A stretch of 64,000 bases of DNA from an uncultured Verrucomicrobiaceae bacterium (GCA_964500675.1 CAZCNY010000003.1:240129-304128); one strand, 5' to 3'; shown: positions 26,292 through 36,452, counted from the first letter of the stretch. The notes: a model not told the origin generated them from the sequence alone. Made by a program: numbers and translations.

Positions 26292-27932
26292 TTAAGCGCT
26301 GCCAAGCGAAGCCAATACGATGCAATTGCGGCCGCTGCCTTTGGCGGCGTAGAGCGCCGAGTCGGCCTGATGCACGAGTTCGCGCGAAGTCTCCGTCGGG
26401 CCAGGCGTGAGCGCGGCAACACCGATGCTGACAGTCAACGTGCGCGCCACTGCGGAATAATCGTGCGGTATGGCTGTCGCCGCTAATTCTTGCTGGATAC
26501 GTTCGGCAATTTTTTGCGCGCTCAATTCCGACGTGTCGGGCAACAAAATGGCAAACTCTTCGCCGCCGTAACGCGCAGCGATATCGGATTGGCGCACGAC
26601 AACACGGCGAATAACGGCCGCAACTTGTTTCAGCGCTTCGTCGCCATGTTGGTGGCCGTAGTGATCGTTGTAATTTTTAAAGTAATCGACGTCGAGCATG
26701 GCCAGTGCGAGCGGTGTGCGCGCGCGCTGCGCAAGTGCCCAATTGTCGGTGAGCGCCTGATCGAAGCGGCGGCGATTGGCGAGCCCGGTTAATCCGTCTT
26801 GAAACGACAGCGCCTGCATTTCTCGGGTCTGCGCCTGCAACTGTTGTTGTTGCACGTGCACGTGTTGTACGAGTGCATCGATGTCGCGACTGAGTTCGCC
26901 GAGTTCGTTGCGCAGCTTGCTGTCGAGCCGCTGTGTGTAATCATCGTTCTCGCGCACTTGACGCAAATAATTGCCGATACCGAGCAAGGGTTGCACGAGG
27001 TGACGTTGCAGCAGGATCAGCACGCCGAGAGCGCCGATCAATCCAGTGATAAACGAGACGGCGAGGGGTAGCGCCCACAAGTCGAGATCGTAGCTGCGTT
27101 GCGGCAGCGTCAGAATCAGTTTCAGCACGGGATTGTTATGGTTATCGCGCAGCAGCCAGCTCAAGCGATTGTTATCGTCGCGATACACCGCATCCTCGGC
27201 GACGACGGGAGCGGTTTTGTCCGCCGCGGTGAGCGGAGCGAAGACGATGGGGATTTGCGCATTTTCTTTGATTTCGTTGCGCAACTCCGCGTCGAAATAG
27301 GTTCCAAATAGCAGGTTCGCGTCGGCTTCGCTGTTGCTGTCGCTGCGCATCACGCTGGCGATGGCGAAGAGCAACGGGCCATCGGCGGTATTGACAAAGC
27401 CGCTGTCGAATATCGGCGCGCGCGGACGCACCTTGCTCAAATCGATGAGGTAAGGCGACAGTGCGGCAAGCGGTATTGGTTTGTCGACAAACTTGGCTTG
27501 CTGTTCGTCGATCACGCGCTGTTCGATGATGCGGTTATTGCGATCGAGCAATGCGACGATGTCGATGTTGAAATTCGTCAGCGTATCGAGCGGAAAACCG
27601 CTTTCAAAAAAACGTTTGTTGAAAAAATGACTGTTGTACGCATTGCTGTTGAAAACGCTGCCTTCGGATTTATCGGCAAATTCGTACATGCCATCCCAAA
27701 TGGCGTCTTTGTACGCGAGGGTGACCAATTGCAATTTTTTGGCATCGATCGCCAGTAGCACCCGGCGCAAATCCTTGTGATCGCTTTGAGCTTCCATTTC
27801 GCGCAGTTTTGGCAGCACGAACCAGTAACGCGTGGCCACTGCCGCGGCGAGGCTCAGGGTCAGCAAACCGGCAGCGACGGCCAGAATGAGTGGCAGCAGT
27901 CGCAGGTTCAGCAGATTGCGCGTGCCCGGCAA
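26292..27932 (-). CDS. membrane diguanylate cyclase with a CHASE4-like periplasmic sensor
   Basis: Two TM helices flank a sensor of about 250 aa (AYKDAIWDGMYEF). A coiled coil follows, then GGDEF (RYGGEEFAILL). The only in-frame start is TTG 27932, 6 nt after the gpx stop. Confidence 0.88.
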   Translation of the reverse strand: MPGTRNLLNLRLLPLILAVAAGLLTLSLAAAVATRYWFVLPKLREMEAQSDHKDLRRVLLAIDAKKLQLVTLAYKDAIWDGMYEFADKSEGSVFNSNAYNSHFFNKRFFESGFPLDTLTNFNIDIVALLDRNNRIIEQRVIDEQQAKFVDKPIPLAALSPYLIDLSKVRPRAPIFDSGFVNTADGPLLFAIASVMRSDSNSEADANLLFGTYFDAELRNEIKENAQIPIVFAPLTAADKTAPVVAEDAVYRDDNNRLSWLLRDNHNNPVLKLILTLPQRSYDLDLWALPLAVSFITGLIGALGVLILLQRHLVQPLLGIGNYLRQVRENDDYTQRLDSKLRNELGELSRDIDALVQHVHVQQQQLQAQTREMQALSFQDGLTGLANRRRFDQALTDNWALAQRARTPLALAMLDVDYFKNYNDHYGHQHGDEALKQVAAVIRRVVVRQSDIAARYGGEEFAILLPDTSELSAQKIAERIQQELAATAIPHDYSAVARTLTVSIGVAALTPGPTETSRELVHQADSALYAAKGSGRNCIVLASLGSA

Positions 27933-27938
27933 GGCGTG

Positions 27939-28421
27939 TTAACCCAGCGCAGCTGCGATGGCCTTTTCAATCTTTTCAGGTTTGGTGGCTGGCGCAAAGC
28001 GCGCGACCACATCGCCGTTGCGATTGATCAGGAACTTGGTGAAATTCCATTTGATCTTCTGACTGCCGAATACGCCCGGCGCAGCCTGCTTTAAGTGCTG
28101 GAACAGCGGATGCGTGGCCGGTCCGTTGACATCGATTTTTGCGAACATTGGAAAGCTCACACCGTAATTGAGCTGACAGAATTGTTCGATTTCGGCATTG
28201 CCGGCGGGATCCTGTTGCGCGAATTGATTGCAGGGAAAGCCGAGAACCGAAAAACCGCGATCGCGGTATTTCTCGTACAATTTTTCCAGGCCATCGAATT
28301 GCGGCGTGAGACCGCATTTGCTCGCGGTATTCACAATGAGCAGCACCTGTCCGCGGTAATTTTCTAGCGCTACCGAATTGCCTTTGATATTGGACGCGTC
28401 AAAGTTGTAAATACTGGTCAT
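27939..28421 (-). CDS. glutathione peroxidase
   Basis: LIVNTASKCGLTPQ, GFPCNQF and WNFTKFL are present. I prefer the start at ATG 28421 (MTSIYNF). Confidence 0.9.
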   Translation of the reverse strand: MTSIYNFDASNIKGNSVALENYRGQVLLIVNTASKCGLTPQFDGLEKLYEKYRDRGFSVLGFPCNQFAQQDPAGNAEIEQFCQLNYGVSFPMFAKIDVNGPATHPLFQHLKQAAPGVFGSQKIKWNFTKFLINRNGDVVARFAPATKPEKIEKAIAAALG

Positions 28422-28654
28422 CGCAATGCTGTTCCAGATCAGTGAAGGGGTTGAGTTGAGTGCGTGCAGGCGCATAGTAGCGCATTGCCGGAGCCGTCGC
28501 GAGCAAACGCGTGCGGTGCTCGCTTCAATGCGGGTCGATATCGCGCTGCGCTTAAGACGTTAGTTGCAACGGGTGGGGGCACGCGCCGGCAAGGCGCGCA
28601 TGAGTTTGCACCGGCAACGTGCGCCGGTGCGTCATTACTTAAATTGCCGTGCGA

Positions 28655-29800
28655 TTACACAAGTTGCAATGTGAGTTGATGCAACCTTTTGCGTTGCAGC
28701 TTGAGCGCGTATTCGAGTTCCTCTAGACGCGAGCTGATTGTGGTCTGGCGCCATTTCTGCTGTAGCTGCGCGGTTTTTTCGGCGAGCTGCATGCGCTTCT
28801 GCTCGTACCATTGTTGGCGCAGGGCATTCCATTCATGCAGGCTGGCGAGAAAATGCTGATACTCGCGTTCGAGGTGTTCGCGCCAGACATCGGCATTCGT
28901 CGCATTCGCGAGACGGTGCTGCGCGCGTTTGAATTGCATGTCGAGCAGCGCTTTTTGAATTTTGAAATCGGGCACACGATTGAGATTGCGTGCCAAGCCG
29001 CACCAGCGCGCGGCATTGATGAACCATTTGGTGGGGTCAAACTGCCACCAGCGCACGCCGTTGCGGTAATCGATTTGGAACAGGTGATGAAAATTGTGAT
29101 AGCCCTCGCCATAAGTGACGAGCGCCAGCCAAAAATTATCGCGTGCCGTGTTGTCGTCGGTATACGGCTGTTTGCCCCAAATGTGCGCGAGCGAATTGAT
29201 GAAAAACGTGACGTGATGGTTGACGACGAGACGCAAAAATCCCATCAGCAACAAATAGCCCCAGATGTCGTCTGCAATTGCGCCAATGCACAGTGGCGGC
29301 ACCAAGTTCGCGGCAATCGCAAGCGGCGCGTAGTGTTTGTGTTGCCACATCACAATCGGATCGCGCTGCAAATCGGCGACGTTGTTGAAGTCGAGTTTGC
29401 CCGTTGGATAGTCGCGCAGCATCCAGCCGATATGCGAGAACCAGAATCCGCGTCGCGCCGAATAGGGATCGTTCGCGTTGTCATCGACATGACGATGATG
29501 GCGGCGATGGCCGGACGCCCACACCAAAATGCTGTTCTGTGTGGCGGCGGCGCCACACAGCGCAAAAAACCATTTCAGCAGCGGCTGTGCCGCATAAGTA
29601 TTGTGCGCGAACAGGCGATGATAACCTGCGGTGATCGACAGTCCATTGCACGCCAAAAACAACCCGAAGGCGAGCCAATTACCCCAGCTGTAGCCATGCG
29701 TAAAGCCGTACCAGGGGACGAGCGTAATCGCGACAATAAACGTGCCGGTCAGAACGGTTGCGGGCAGCCACATGATCGGCGGTTTGGCGGTGTTGGGCAT
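28655..29800 (-). CDS. acyl-CoA (delta-9 type) fatty-acid desaturase
   Basis: Three His boxes are present: HRLFAH, HRRHHRHVD and HNFHHLF. It has four TM helices and a C-terminal coiled-coil tail. Confidence 0.9.
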   Translation of the reverse strand: MPNTAKPPIMWLPATVLTGTFIVAITLVPWYGFTHGYSWGNWLAFGLFLACNGLSITAGYHRLFAHNTYAAQPLLKWFFALCGAAATQNSILVWASGHRRHHRHVDDNANDPYSARRGFWFSHIGWMLRDYPTGKLDFNNVADLQRDPIVMWQHKHYAPLAIAANLVPPLCIGAIADDIWGYLLLMGFLRLVVNHHVTFFINSLAHIWGKQPYTDDNTARDNFWLALVTYGEGYHNFHHLFQIDYRNGVRWWQFDPTKWFINAARWCGLARNLNRVPDFKIQKALLDMQFKRAQHRLANATNADVWREHLEREYQHFLASLHEWNALRQQWYEQKRMQLAEKTAQLQQKWRQTTISSRLEELEYALKLQRKRLHQLTLQLV

Positions 29801-29990
29801 GGTAAACGGTTCTCTAACAGTCAGTGCTGGTCAACGTTTCGATGGTAGACCAATTTCCATGAGCGGCCTAGTTCGGAAAAATACGCACCACGCTATTTGG
29901 CTGGCGAGCGCCCGACCTTTAGCCGCACCTTCGGCGATGGCATCGACCGCGCATAACGCGATGCGGTTCGTGGTCATACGCTGTTCGCGG

Positions 29991-30986
29991 TCAAATGTTG
30001 GGGCTCGGTAATTCCAGCGCGTGGCAAATCGTCGCGGCATTGATCTCGACGCAGGTGCGGCCAGCGCTAATCGCCTCTGCGGCGCGATGGTATTCAAGCA
30101 GGCCGATGTGAGCGACGTGCGGCAACAACATCACGTCGGGCGGTTCGCCCGCCAGCCGGCTGCGTGTGATGCGATCCTGCATGATCGTGATCGCACTCTG
30201 CATGACTTCGAGCGTAGCGGGGCGTTCCTGGCGGTCAGACCACTGTTCTTGATAATCGGACAAGAGTCGGCGGATCGGATTGGCGGCACCGCGCAACGCG
30301 CTGCCGAGGCGGCCGAGCAAATTGGGGTTTTCGCTATTTTCTTCTTCGTCTTCGGGTTGCTCGTCTTCCTCGAGGGTCAATTGCAGCTGCGTGGTCGAGC
30401 GTCGCATCAGCGTACTTGGATTGACTGCGATGACAAGATCGGCCCCCAATGCACGACAAACCGAGACGGGCACGGGATTTACCAGGGCGCCATCGACGAG
30501 CCAGCGGCCGCGTTCAAGTACGGGAGTGATCATGCCTGGAATCGCGATCGACGCGCGTACGGCATCCCAGAGCGATCCGTCCTGCAGCCAGATTTCGCGC
30601 CCTGTGCGCAGATCGGTAGCGATTGCTGCGAAGGCTTTGTTCAAGCTGCTGATATCGGGGTTGCCGTGACTCTTGCTGAGGTGTTCGATCAGCGCCGTGG
30701 CTTCTGCCACCCCGCCTCGCGCCAGCGGCCGGATGCCGAGGTAGCGCAGCACATCGCGAGTGCCGAGCGCGCTGACCCAGGTCGCGAATTCGTGCAGCTG
30801 CCCGGTAACATAACTGGCGCCGACCAATGCGCCGATCGAACAACCGCAGATGATATGCGGTTCAATGCCCATTCTCTGCAGGGCTTGCAGTACGCCGATA
30901 TGTGCAATGCCGCGCGCGGAGCCGGCGCCCAGCGCAATGCCGATTTTTTTATCGCCAAGCGCCGCGGAGCGATTAACTGTGTGCAT
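29991..30986 (-). CDS. patatin-like phospholipase (RssA-like)
   Basis: Oxyanion motif GAGSARG, nucleophile elbow GCSIG and catalytic Asp in VDGALVNP. Confidence 0.9.
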   Translation of the reverse strand: MHTVNRSAALGDKKIGIALGAGSARGIAHIGVLQALQRMGIEPHIICGCSIGALVGASYVTGQLHEFATWVSALGTRDVLRYLGIRPLARGGVAEATALIEHLSKSHGNPDISSLNKAFAAIATDLRTGREIWLQDGSLWDAVRASIAIPGMITPVLERGRWLVDGALVNPVPVSVCRALGADLVIAVNPSTLMRRSTTQLQLTLEEDEQPEDEEENSENPNLLGRLGSALRGAANPIRRLLSDYQEQWSDRQERPATLEVMQSAITIMQDRITRSRLAGEPPDVMLLPHVAHIGLLEYHRAAEAISAGRTCVEINAATICHALELPSPNI

Positions 30987-31078
30987 CGATCAAAGTCCCG
31001 AGAAGCGATTTACAGCAAAAGGACTTTTACCTTGTTTTGCGGCATCGACGCAATCACGCTTAGCTTAAAGCGCGCAAA

Positions 31079-31357
31079 TTATGGTGTAGCTTCCTCCACC
31101 AACAGGGCGCGTTCAGCGTCATCGAGGAGACGTTGTTTTTCGGTGTCGTCGAGTTGTGTCCAATGCAAATCGAGCAGTGCGCAGTGCAGAGAGTAAAGGA
31201 GTACTTTGGAAACCTTGATGCCGCGTTGGCGAATGCGATTGTACGCTTCGATTGCGCCAACGCGCGCGAGATCGTCACCGCTATGAATGCCGATCGCGAG
31301 CAGCCAGTTGACAGAGGTGTTGCCTAAATTCTTCAATGCCATCAAATCAGTTTGCAT
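31079..31357 (-). CDS. TfoX/Sxy C-terminal-domain-only protein
   Basis: LKNLGNTSVNWLLAIGIHSGDDLARVGAIEAYNRI...LLYSLHCALLDLHW matches the TfoX_C pattern. An alternative start is at 31396. Confidence 0.7.
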   Translation of the reverse strand: MQTDLMALKNLGNTSVNWLLAIGIHSGDDLARVGAIEAYNRIRQRGIKVSKVLLYSLHCALLDLHWTQLDDTEKQRLLDDAERALLVEEATP

Positions 31358-31500
31358 GGTTGAGACTTCAATTTGCGGATCACCGGAGCGGTTCACTCGT
31401 TGTTGGTTGGAGTTTTTATGTCAACCGATACTATTTTTACCAAATTATTATGTTAAAACCCGTAAGATGTCGCAAACAGTTTGCGTAAGAAATAACTGAA

Positions 31501-32247
31501 ATGAATAGCGTTCCATTGCTGACTGCTGATGTGCTGACCGGGCGCGATGATAATTTCATCGAACATGCGGGTCTCGAGAGGCCGGTGCATCGCGACATCG
31601 TAGAGCCTTTTTTGGCGTTGCGTGCAGCGGCAGCGGCGGCGGGTTTCGATCTCGCAATCGCCAGCGGCTATCGCAATTATCATCGGCAACTTGCGATCTG
31701 GAACGCCAAAGCTCGCGGCGAGCGCCCGGTGTATACCCGCGATAGTTTTGCGCTCGATATCGCTGCGCTGAGCGAGCGCGAACTCGCTTTCGCCATTTTG
31801 CGTTGGTCGGCGTTGCCGGGTGCATCGCGGCATCACTGGGGCACCGATATCGATATTTACGATCGCGCCGCGGTAGCGGATGACTACGTGTTGCAATTGA
31901 ATCACGGCGAGGTCGCCGACAGCGGTCCATTCGGTCCATTACACCGCTGGCTCGACGAACGCATTGCGAGCGACAGCGCGTTTGGTTTTTTTCGCCCTTA
32001 TCAAATTGATCGCGGCGGTGTGCTGCCGGAGCGCTGGCATCTCAGCTATGCACCACTGGCGGCGCGTTATCAGCGCTGCTTGAAAGTCGAAACGCTTTGG
32101 CGGGCAATCGATGTACCGGGTTTGGCGTTGCGCACGGTGGTTGCGGACAATTGGCCAATAATTTTCGAGCGTTTTATTTGGGTATCGCCGCAACTCTACC
32201 CGGCGGCATTGCGCGAGCGTGTCGCAGGAGTTGGCGAGTCATTATGA
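31501..32247 (+). CDS. M15-family (VanY-like) D,D- or L,D-carboxypeptidase
   Basis: ASGYRNYHRQLAIWN and SRHHWGTDIDI are zinc-ligand motifs. Its stop overlaps the cysE ATG (ATGA). Confidence 0.75.
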   Translation: MNSVPLLTADVLTGRDDNFIEHAGLERPVHRDIVEPFLALRAAAAAAGFDLAIASGYRNYHRQLAIWNAKARGERPVYTRDSFALDIAALSERELAFAILRWSALPGASRHHWGTDIDIYDRAAVADDYVLQLNHGEVADSGPFGPLHRWLDERIASDSAFGFFRPYQIDRGGVLPERWHLSYAPLAARYQRCLKVETLWRAIDVPGLALRTVVADNWPIIFERFIWVSPQLYPAALRERVAGVGESL

Positions 32248-33035
32248 GCGAGCGCAACTCGAATTGGTTGTGGGCGCAGATTCGGCGCGAAGGCGCGGAG
32301 CTGGTAAGAAGCGAGCCTCTGCTCGCGAGCTTTTATCACACGGCGTTGTTGAATCACGCGTCGATGCAATCGGCGTTGGCATTTTTGCTGGCTAATCAAT
32401 TGGGCAATAGCGATGTGCAGCCGATGTTGGTGCGACAGGTTTGCGATGAAGCGTACGCGGCCGAGCCGCAAATTATCGATGCCGCGACGGCCGATAGTCT
32501 CGCCCACTTCGATCGCGATCCCGCGTGCAAGTATTATTCGATGCCGCTATTGCACTTCAAAGGCTTTCACGCGGTGCAGGCGTATCGTGTCGCGCATTGG
32601 TTGTGGCGGCAACAGCGGCGGTCGCTCGCGTTGTTTTTGCAAAATCGTATCGCCGCTGTGTTCGATATCGATATTCATCCAGCCGCGACAATCGGGCGCG
32701 GTTTGATGCTCGATCATGGTACCGGTGTGGTGATCGGAGAAACGGCGGTGCTTGGCGATGATATTTCGATGTTGCACTCGGTGACACTGGGCGGTTCTGG
32801 CACGGACGCCGCGCGTCGCCACCCGCGCATTGGCGATGGGGTGTTGATCGCGAGCGGTGCGAAATTGCTTGGCGCCATCGCGATAGGCCGCGGTGCGAAA
32901 ATTGCCGCCGGCAGTGTCGTGCTCGATGATGTTCCCGAATTCAGCACGGTTGCCGGCGTGCCCGCGCGTATTGTCGGTGTACCGCATAAGCACGCATCGG
33001 CACTCGACATGGATCAGTGTCTCGATGACGGTTGA
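32244..33035 (+). CDS. cysE: serine O-acetyltransferase
   Basis: The SATase N-domain (FDRDPACKYYSMPLLHFKGFHAVQAYRVAHWLW) is followed by hexapeptide repeats (IHPAATIGRGLMLDHGTGVVIGETAVLGDD). Confidence 0.9.
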   Translation: MSERNSNWLWAQIRREGAELVRSEPLLASFYHTALLNHASMQSALAFLLANQLGNSDVQPMLVRQVCDEAYAAEPQIIDAATADSLAHFDRDPACKYYSMPLLHFKGFHAVQAYRVAHWLWRQQRRSLALFLQNRIAAVFDIDIHPAATIGRGLMLDHGTGVVIGETAVLGDDISMLHSVTLGGSGTDAARRHPRIGDGVLIASGAKLLGAIAIGRGAKIAAGSVVLDDVPEFSTVAGVPARIVGVPHKHASALDMDQCLDDG

Positions 33036-33322
33036 GCTATTCACCCGACATCTCATGTATCTCGCTTGCATTAGCGTGCCGGCGACATTTGAAGCCCGCC
33101 TGAAAACTGCGTACAAAAGTTGTGCAAACTCACTGTTATCCGTTACATTTAGCGCGATCGCGCGCAAGCCGCAGCCTTATTTTAAAAATCATTAGCGGCT
33201 GAAATTTCGAGGGGCGATCTTCTGTACTGCACGGTTTCACGGAATGGCCGTTGCGGGCGCATCGATTCATGGATGGTGCCTGCCGAGCAATGGGGGGCGG
33301 GCAGATAAATCCGGAGTGAGAC

Positions 33323-33811
33323 GTGAGCGTTAAATTATTAGATAACGACGCTTTTTACGGGTATCGCGTGCGACGCACCGTGAATGGCAAGTTGTATCAG
33401 GAATATTTTTCCCTAAAGCAGAATGGCGACAGAATGCAGGGGCGCAATAAGAAACTTATCGAGCAGGCGGCTTTGCGGCGCGATGAGGAGCTAGCGCAAT
33501 TGCAGGATAAAACGCGCGAAAAACTCAAGAGCGATCGCTGCTTCAATAGCGATGGTTCCGTGCGTGGCATCAGTTATCTCTTGAAAACTGAAAAAAGCGG
33601 TGCGGTCACGCCGATTTTCCAGTTGGGGATTGCGTCCGAGCTGGAGCAGAAAATTGTCTGCACGAGTTTTTCGCTCAATGCACACGGCAGCGAAGAAGCG
33701 TGGCGCAAAGCGGTCGATACTTACGCCAAACATAAGGTCATTCGCAAAAACACCAAACTGTACAAGCAATTGCTTGCGGCGAAGCCGTCGAAAAACGCCG
33801 CGAAAAAATAA
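33323..33811 (+). CDS. hypothetical protein with two AP2/integrase-type DNA-binding-like repeats (tentative)
   Basis: GTG start. YGYRVRRTVNGKLYQEYFSL...KKLIEQAALRRDEE and VRGISYLLKTEKSG...TSFSLNAHGSEEAWRKAVDTYAKH both follow a three-strand-plus-helix pattern. The tail is basic. GC content is lower than in the neighbours. Confidence 0.45.
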   Translation: MSVKLLDNDAFYGYRVRRTVNGKLYQEYFSLKQNGDRMQGRNKKLIEQAALRRDEELAQLQDKTREKLKSDRCFNSDGSVRGISYLLKTEKSGAVTPIFQLGIASELEQKIVCTSFSLNAHGSEEAWRKAVDTYAKHKVIRKNTKLYKQLLAAKPSKNAAKK

Positions 33812-33889
33812 TGATTAACCCCGCATTGCGAGATGCCGGGCTAATCAATCGGTTTGAAATAGTTTAATCGACTGGATGTGGTCGTTGCG

Positions 33890-33925
33890 TCCCGCCGCAG
33901 CTCGCAGCGGGATATTGCATTTTTC
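33890..33925. terminator. probable bidirectional terminator between the hypothetical gene and ppa
   Basis: Stem TCCCGC (33890-33895) pairs with GCGGGA (33907-33912), followed by T-rich tracts. Confidence 0.4.
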
Positions 33926-33928
33926 GTT

Positions 33929-34456
33929 TTATTTTTTGTAGGCGGCGGCAGCTTTCGTAATTGCGGCACGCGCGGCATCGGCACCTTGCCAGCTGTCGAC
34001 TTTTACCCATTTGCCCGGTTCGAGATCTTTGTAGTTCTCGAAGAAGTGCTGAATTTGTTTGAGCAGCAATTCGGGTAGATCGGTGTATTCCTGCACATGT
34101 TTGTAGAGCACGGTGAGTTTGTCGTGCGGAACCGCAACGACTTTTGCATCCTGGCCCGATTCGTCGCTCATGTTGAGCACGCCGACCGGGCGTGCGCGAA
34201 TGACCGAACCCGGCGCAACGGGATACGGCGTCACGACCAGCACGTCGAGCGGATCGCCGTCGTCGCCTAATGTCTGCGGAATAAAGCCATAGTTGGCGGG
34301 GTAAAACATCGGCGTCGCCATGAAGCGATCGACGAACAGCGCATCGGCATCCTTATCGATCTCGTATTTGATCGGTGTGCTATTCGCCGGAATTTCGATG
34401 GCGACATAAATATCGTTGGGAAGATCTTTGCCGGCGGGAATCTTATCGAAGCTCAT
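33929..34456 (-). CDS. ppa: inorganic pyrophosphatase
   Basis: [40 protein letters not shown] and 175 aa. Confidence 0.97.
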   Translation of the reverse strand: MSFDKIPAGKDLPNDIYVAIEIPANSTPIKYEIDKDADALFVDRFMATPMFYPANYGFIPQTLGDDGDPLDVLVVTPYPVAPGSVIRARPVGVLNMSDESGQDAKVVAVPHDKLTVLYKHVQEYTDLPELLLKQIQHFFENYKDLEPGKWVKVDSWQGADAARAAITKAAAAYKK

Positions 34457-34637
34457 GATGGGCCTTTCACGGATAAATAAAGGGATTGGGGGCGGCGATT
34501 ATAGCGGCAGACCTCTGCGTTTCGGAACCGTCCAGCCCGCTTAAAAGTAAGGGCGGCGCAGCCTTCCACCGCAATCGACAGCTCGAGTCCGTATGCTAGG
34601 ATGATTATGTCCGAGCGTTGTTGGGAAGGAAGTCTCT

Positions 34638-34919
34638 GTGTCGCCAGATAATAATCGCCGTTTTCCGCGCACGCGCCTGCGCGCTGAAGTGAAGTTGAAT
34701 CACCCCGAGATTGGCGAGCAGCACGCGCATACGCGCGATATTTCGGAAGGAGGTGCCTTCGTGCTCAACGAAGGTATCCAGTTGCCCGCCATCGGCGAAA
34801 TCATCGAGGTGCAGGTACAGGGAATGCCGGGTGAGGCGGCGCCCATCGTGCGCATGCAGGTGGTGCGTATCGATCGCGAGGGCATCGGTCTGGAGTTCCT
34901 CAAAGACGGCGACGAATAA
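34638..34919 (+). CDS. stand-alone PilZ domain protein (c-di-GMP receptor)
   Basis: RRFPR (the RxxxR motif) and DISEGGAF (the D/NxSxxG motif) are present. GTG start with a GGAAGGAAG RBS. Confidence 0.8.
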   Translation: MSPDNNRRFPRTRLRAEVKLNHPEIGEQHAHTRDISEGGAFVLNEGIQLPAIGEIIEVQVQGMPGEAAPIVRMQVVRIDREGIGLEFLKDGDE

Positions 34920-35075
34920 CGCCAATTTTCCCTTGCCAGTTCGTTCAATAATTTCTCTACCTGCCGCGCGCTTTGCGTCGATGCTACTATCGCGACTGCA
35001 TTTGTATTATCGCGGCTAGCTTTGAACGATCCCAGCCGGGCCACCCTCGCGGCCCCGACAATAAGACGAGTTGGT

Positions 35076-36452
35076 ATGCATATTCACATTCTCGGCATCT
35101 GCGGTACCTTCATGGGCAGTCTCGCGATTTTGGCGCGCGAGCTCGGACACACTGTGACGGGCTCCGACACGGGTGTGTACCCGCCCATGAGCACGCAGCT
35201 TGAAGCGCAGGGTATTCGTCTGCGGGAAGGCTACGATCCCGCTCATCTCGATCCGCAACCCGATCTCGTCGTCATCGGCAATGCGCTGTCGCGCGGCAAT
35301 CCCGCGGTAGAGTACGTGCTCGATCGCGATATTCCGTATGTATCGGGGCCGCAGTGGCTCAGCGATCAGGTGCTGCAAAAACGCTGGGTATTGGCGTGCG
35401 CCGGCACGCACGGCAAGACCACGACAAGCAGCTTGTTGACGTGGCTGCTCGAAGCCAATGGCTACAACCCCGGCTATTTAATCGGTGGCGTGCCCGAGAA
35501 TTTCGCGGTGTCGGCGCGCCTCACCGACAGCCATTTTTTTGTGATCGAGGCGGATGAATACGATTGCGCATTTTTCGACAAGCGTTCGAAGTTTGTGCAC
35601 TACCGGCCGCGCACAGCCGTATTAAATAATCTCGAATACGATCACGCCGATATTTTTCCCGACCTCGCCGCGATTCAGCGCCAGTTTCACCATCTCGTGC
35701 GCACGATTCCGGCGAGTGGCCGCATTATTTATCCCGCGTCGGAAAATGCGCTGCAAGAAGTGCTCGCGATGGGGTGCTGGTCCGAGTGTGAAACGACCGG
35801 CATGCGCGAAGACGTCGATTGGCAGGCACGTTTGCACGCCGATGATGGCAGTGCATTCGACGTGTTGCAGCGCGGTGAATTGCGCGGCCGCGTCGAATGG
35901 AATCACACCGGTTTGCACAATGTGCAGAATGCGTTGAGCGCGATCGCGGCCGCGCATCATGTCGGCGTGCGCGCGGCCGATGCGATTGCAGCGTGCAACG
36001 ATTTTGCCGGCGTGAAGCGCCGCATGGAGTTGCTCGCCGCTATCGATGGCATCCATGTGTACGACGATTTTGCGCATCACCCAACCGCGATCGCGACCAC
36101 GCTTGCAGGCCTGCGCGCGCGCGTTGGCCGAGAAAATATCATCGCTGTCATCGAACCGCGTTCGAATACGATGCGACTCGGCGTGCATTTGCAAAAACTG
36201 GCACCATCGACACAAGCTGCCGACCGCGTGATTTGGTATCAGCCGCCGGGACTCGATTGGTCGCTCGGTGAGGTGATTGCGGCGAGCGCGAAACCGGCGC
36301 AGCTTTATGACAATATCGATCGCATCGTCGCCGATCTAACGCTTCAACTTAAGCGCGACGATCACGTCGTATTTATGAGCAACGGCGGTTTTGGCGGTAT
36401 TCATCAGAAACTTGTGCGCGCGCTGCAGCAGCGCACACAGCAGCAACAATGA
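35076..36452 (+). CDS. mpl: UDP-N-acetylmuramate:L-alanyl-gamma-D-glutamyl-meso-DAP ligase
   Basis: MHIHILGICGTFMGSLA...YPPMSTQLE...GTHGKTTT is colinear with E. coli Mpl. Confidence 0.92.
   Translation: MHIHILGICGTFMGSLAILARELGHTVTGSDTGVYPPMSTQLEAQGIRLREGYDPAHLDPQPDLVVIGNALSRGNPAVEYVLDRDIPYVSGPQWLSDQVLQKRWVLACAGTHGKTTTSSLLTWLLEANGYNPGYLIGGVPENFAVSARLTDSHFFVIEADEYDCAFFDKRSKFVHYRPRTAVLNNLEYDHADIFPDLAAIQRQFHHLVRTIPASGRIIYPASENALQEVLAMGCWSECETTGMREDVDWQARLHADDGSAFDVLQRGELRGRVEWNHTGLHNVQNALSAIAAAHHVGVRAADAIAACNDFAGVKRRMELLAAIDGIHVYDDFAHHPTAIATTLAGLRARVGRENIIAVIEPRSNTMRLGVHLQKLAPSTQAADRVIWYQPPGLDWSLGEVIAASAKPAQLYDNIDRIVADLTLQLKRDDHVVFMSNGGFGGIHQKLVRALQQRTQQQQ

Noticed and set aside
28607-28629. 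The hairpin GCACCGGC-AACGTGC-GCCGGTGC as a terminator of the desaturase gene.
   Set aside because: No U-run follows it on either strand. It may stabilise the transcript, but it cannot be called a rho-independent terminator from sequence alone.
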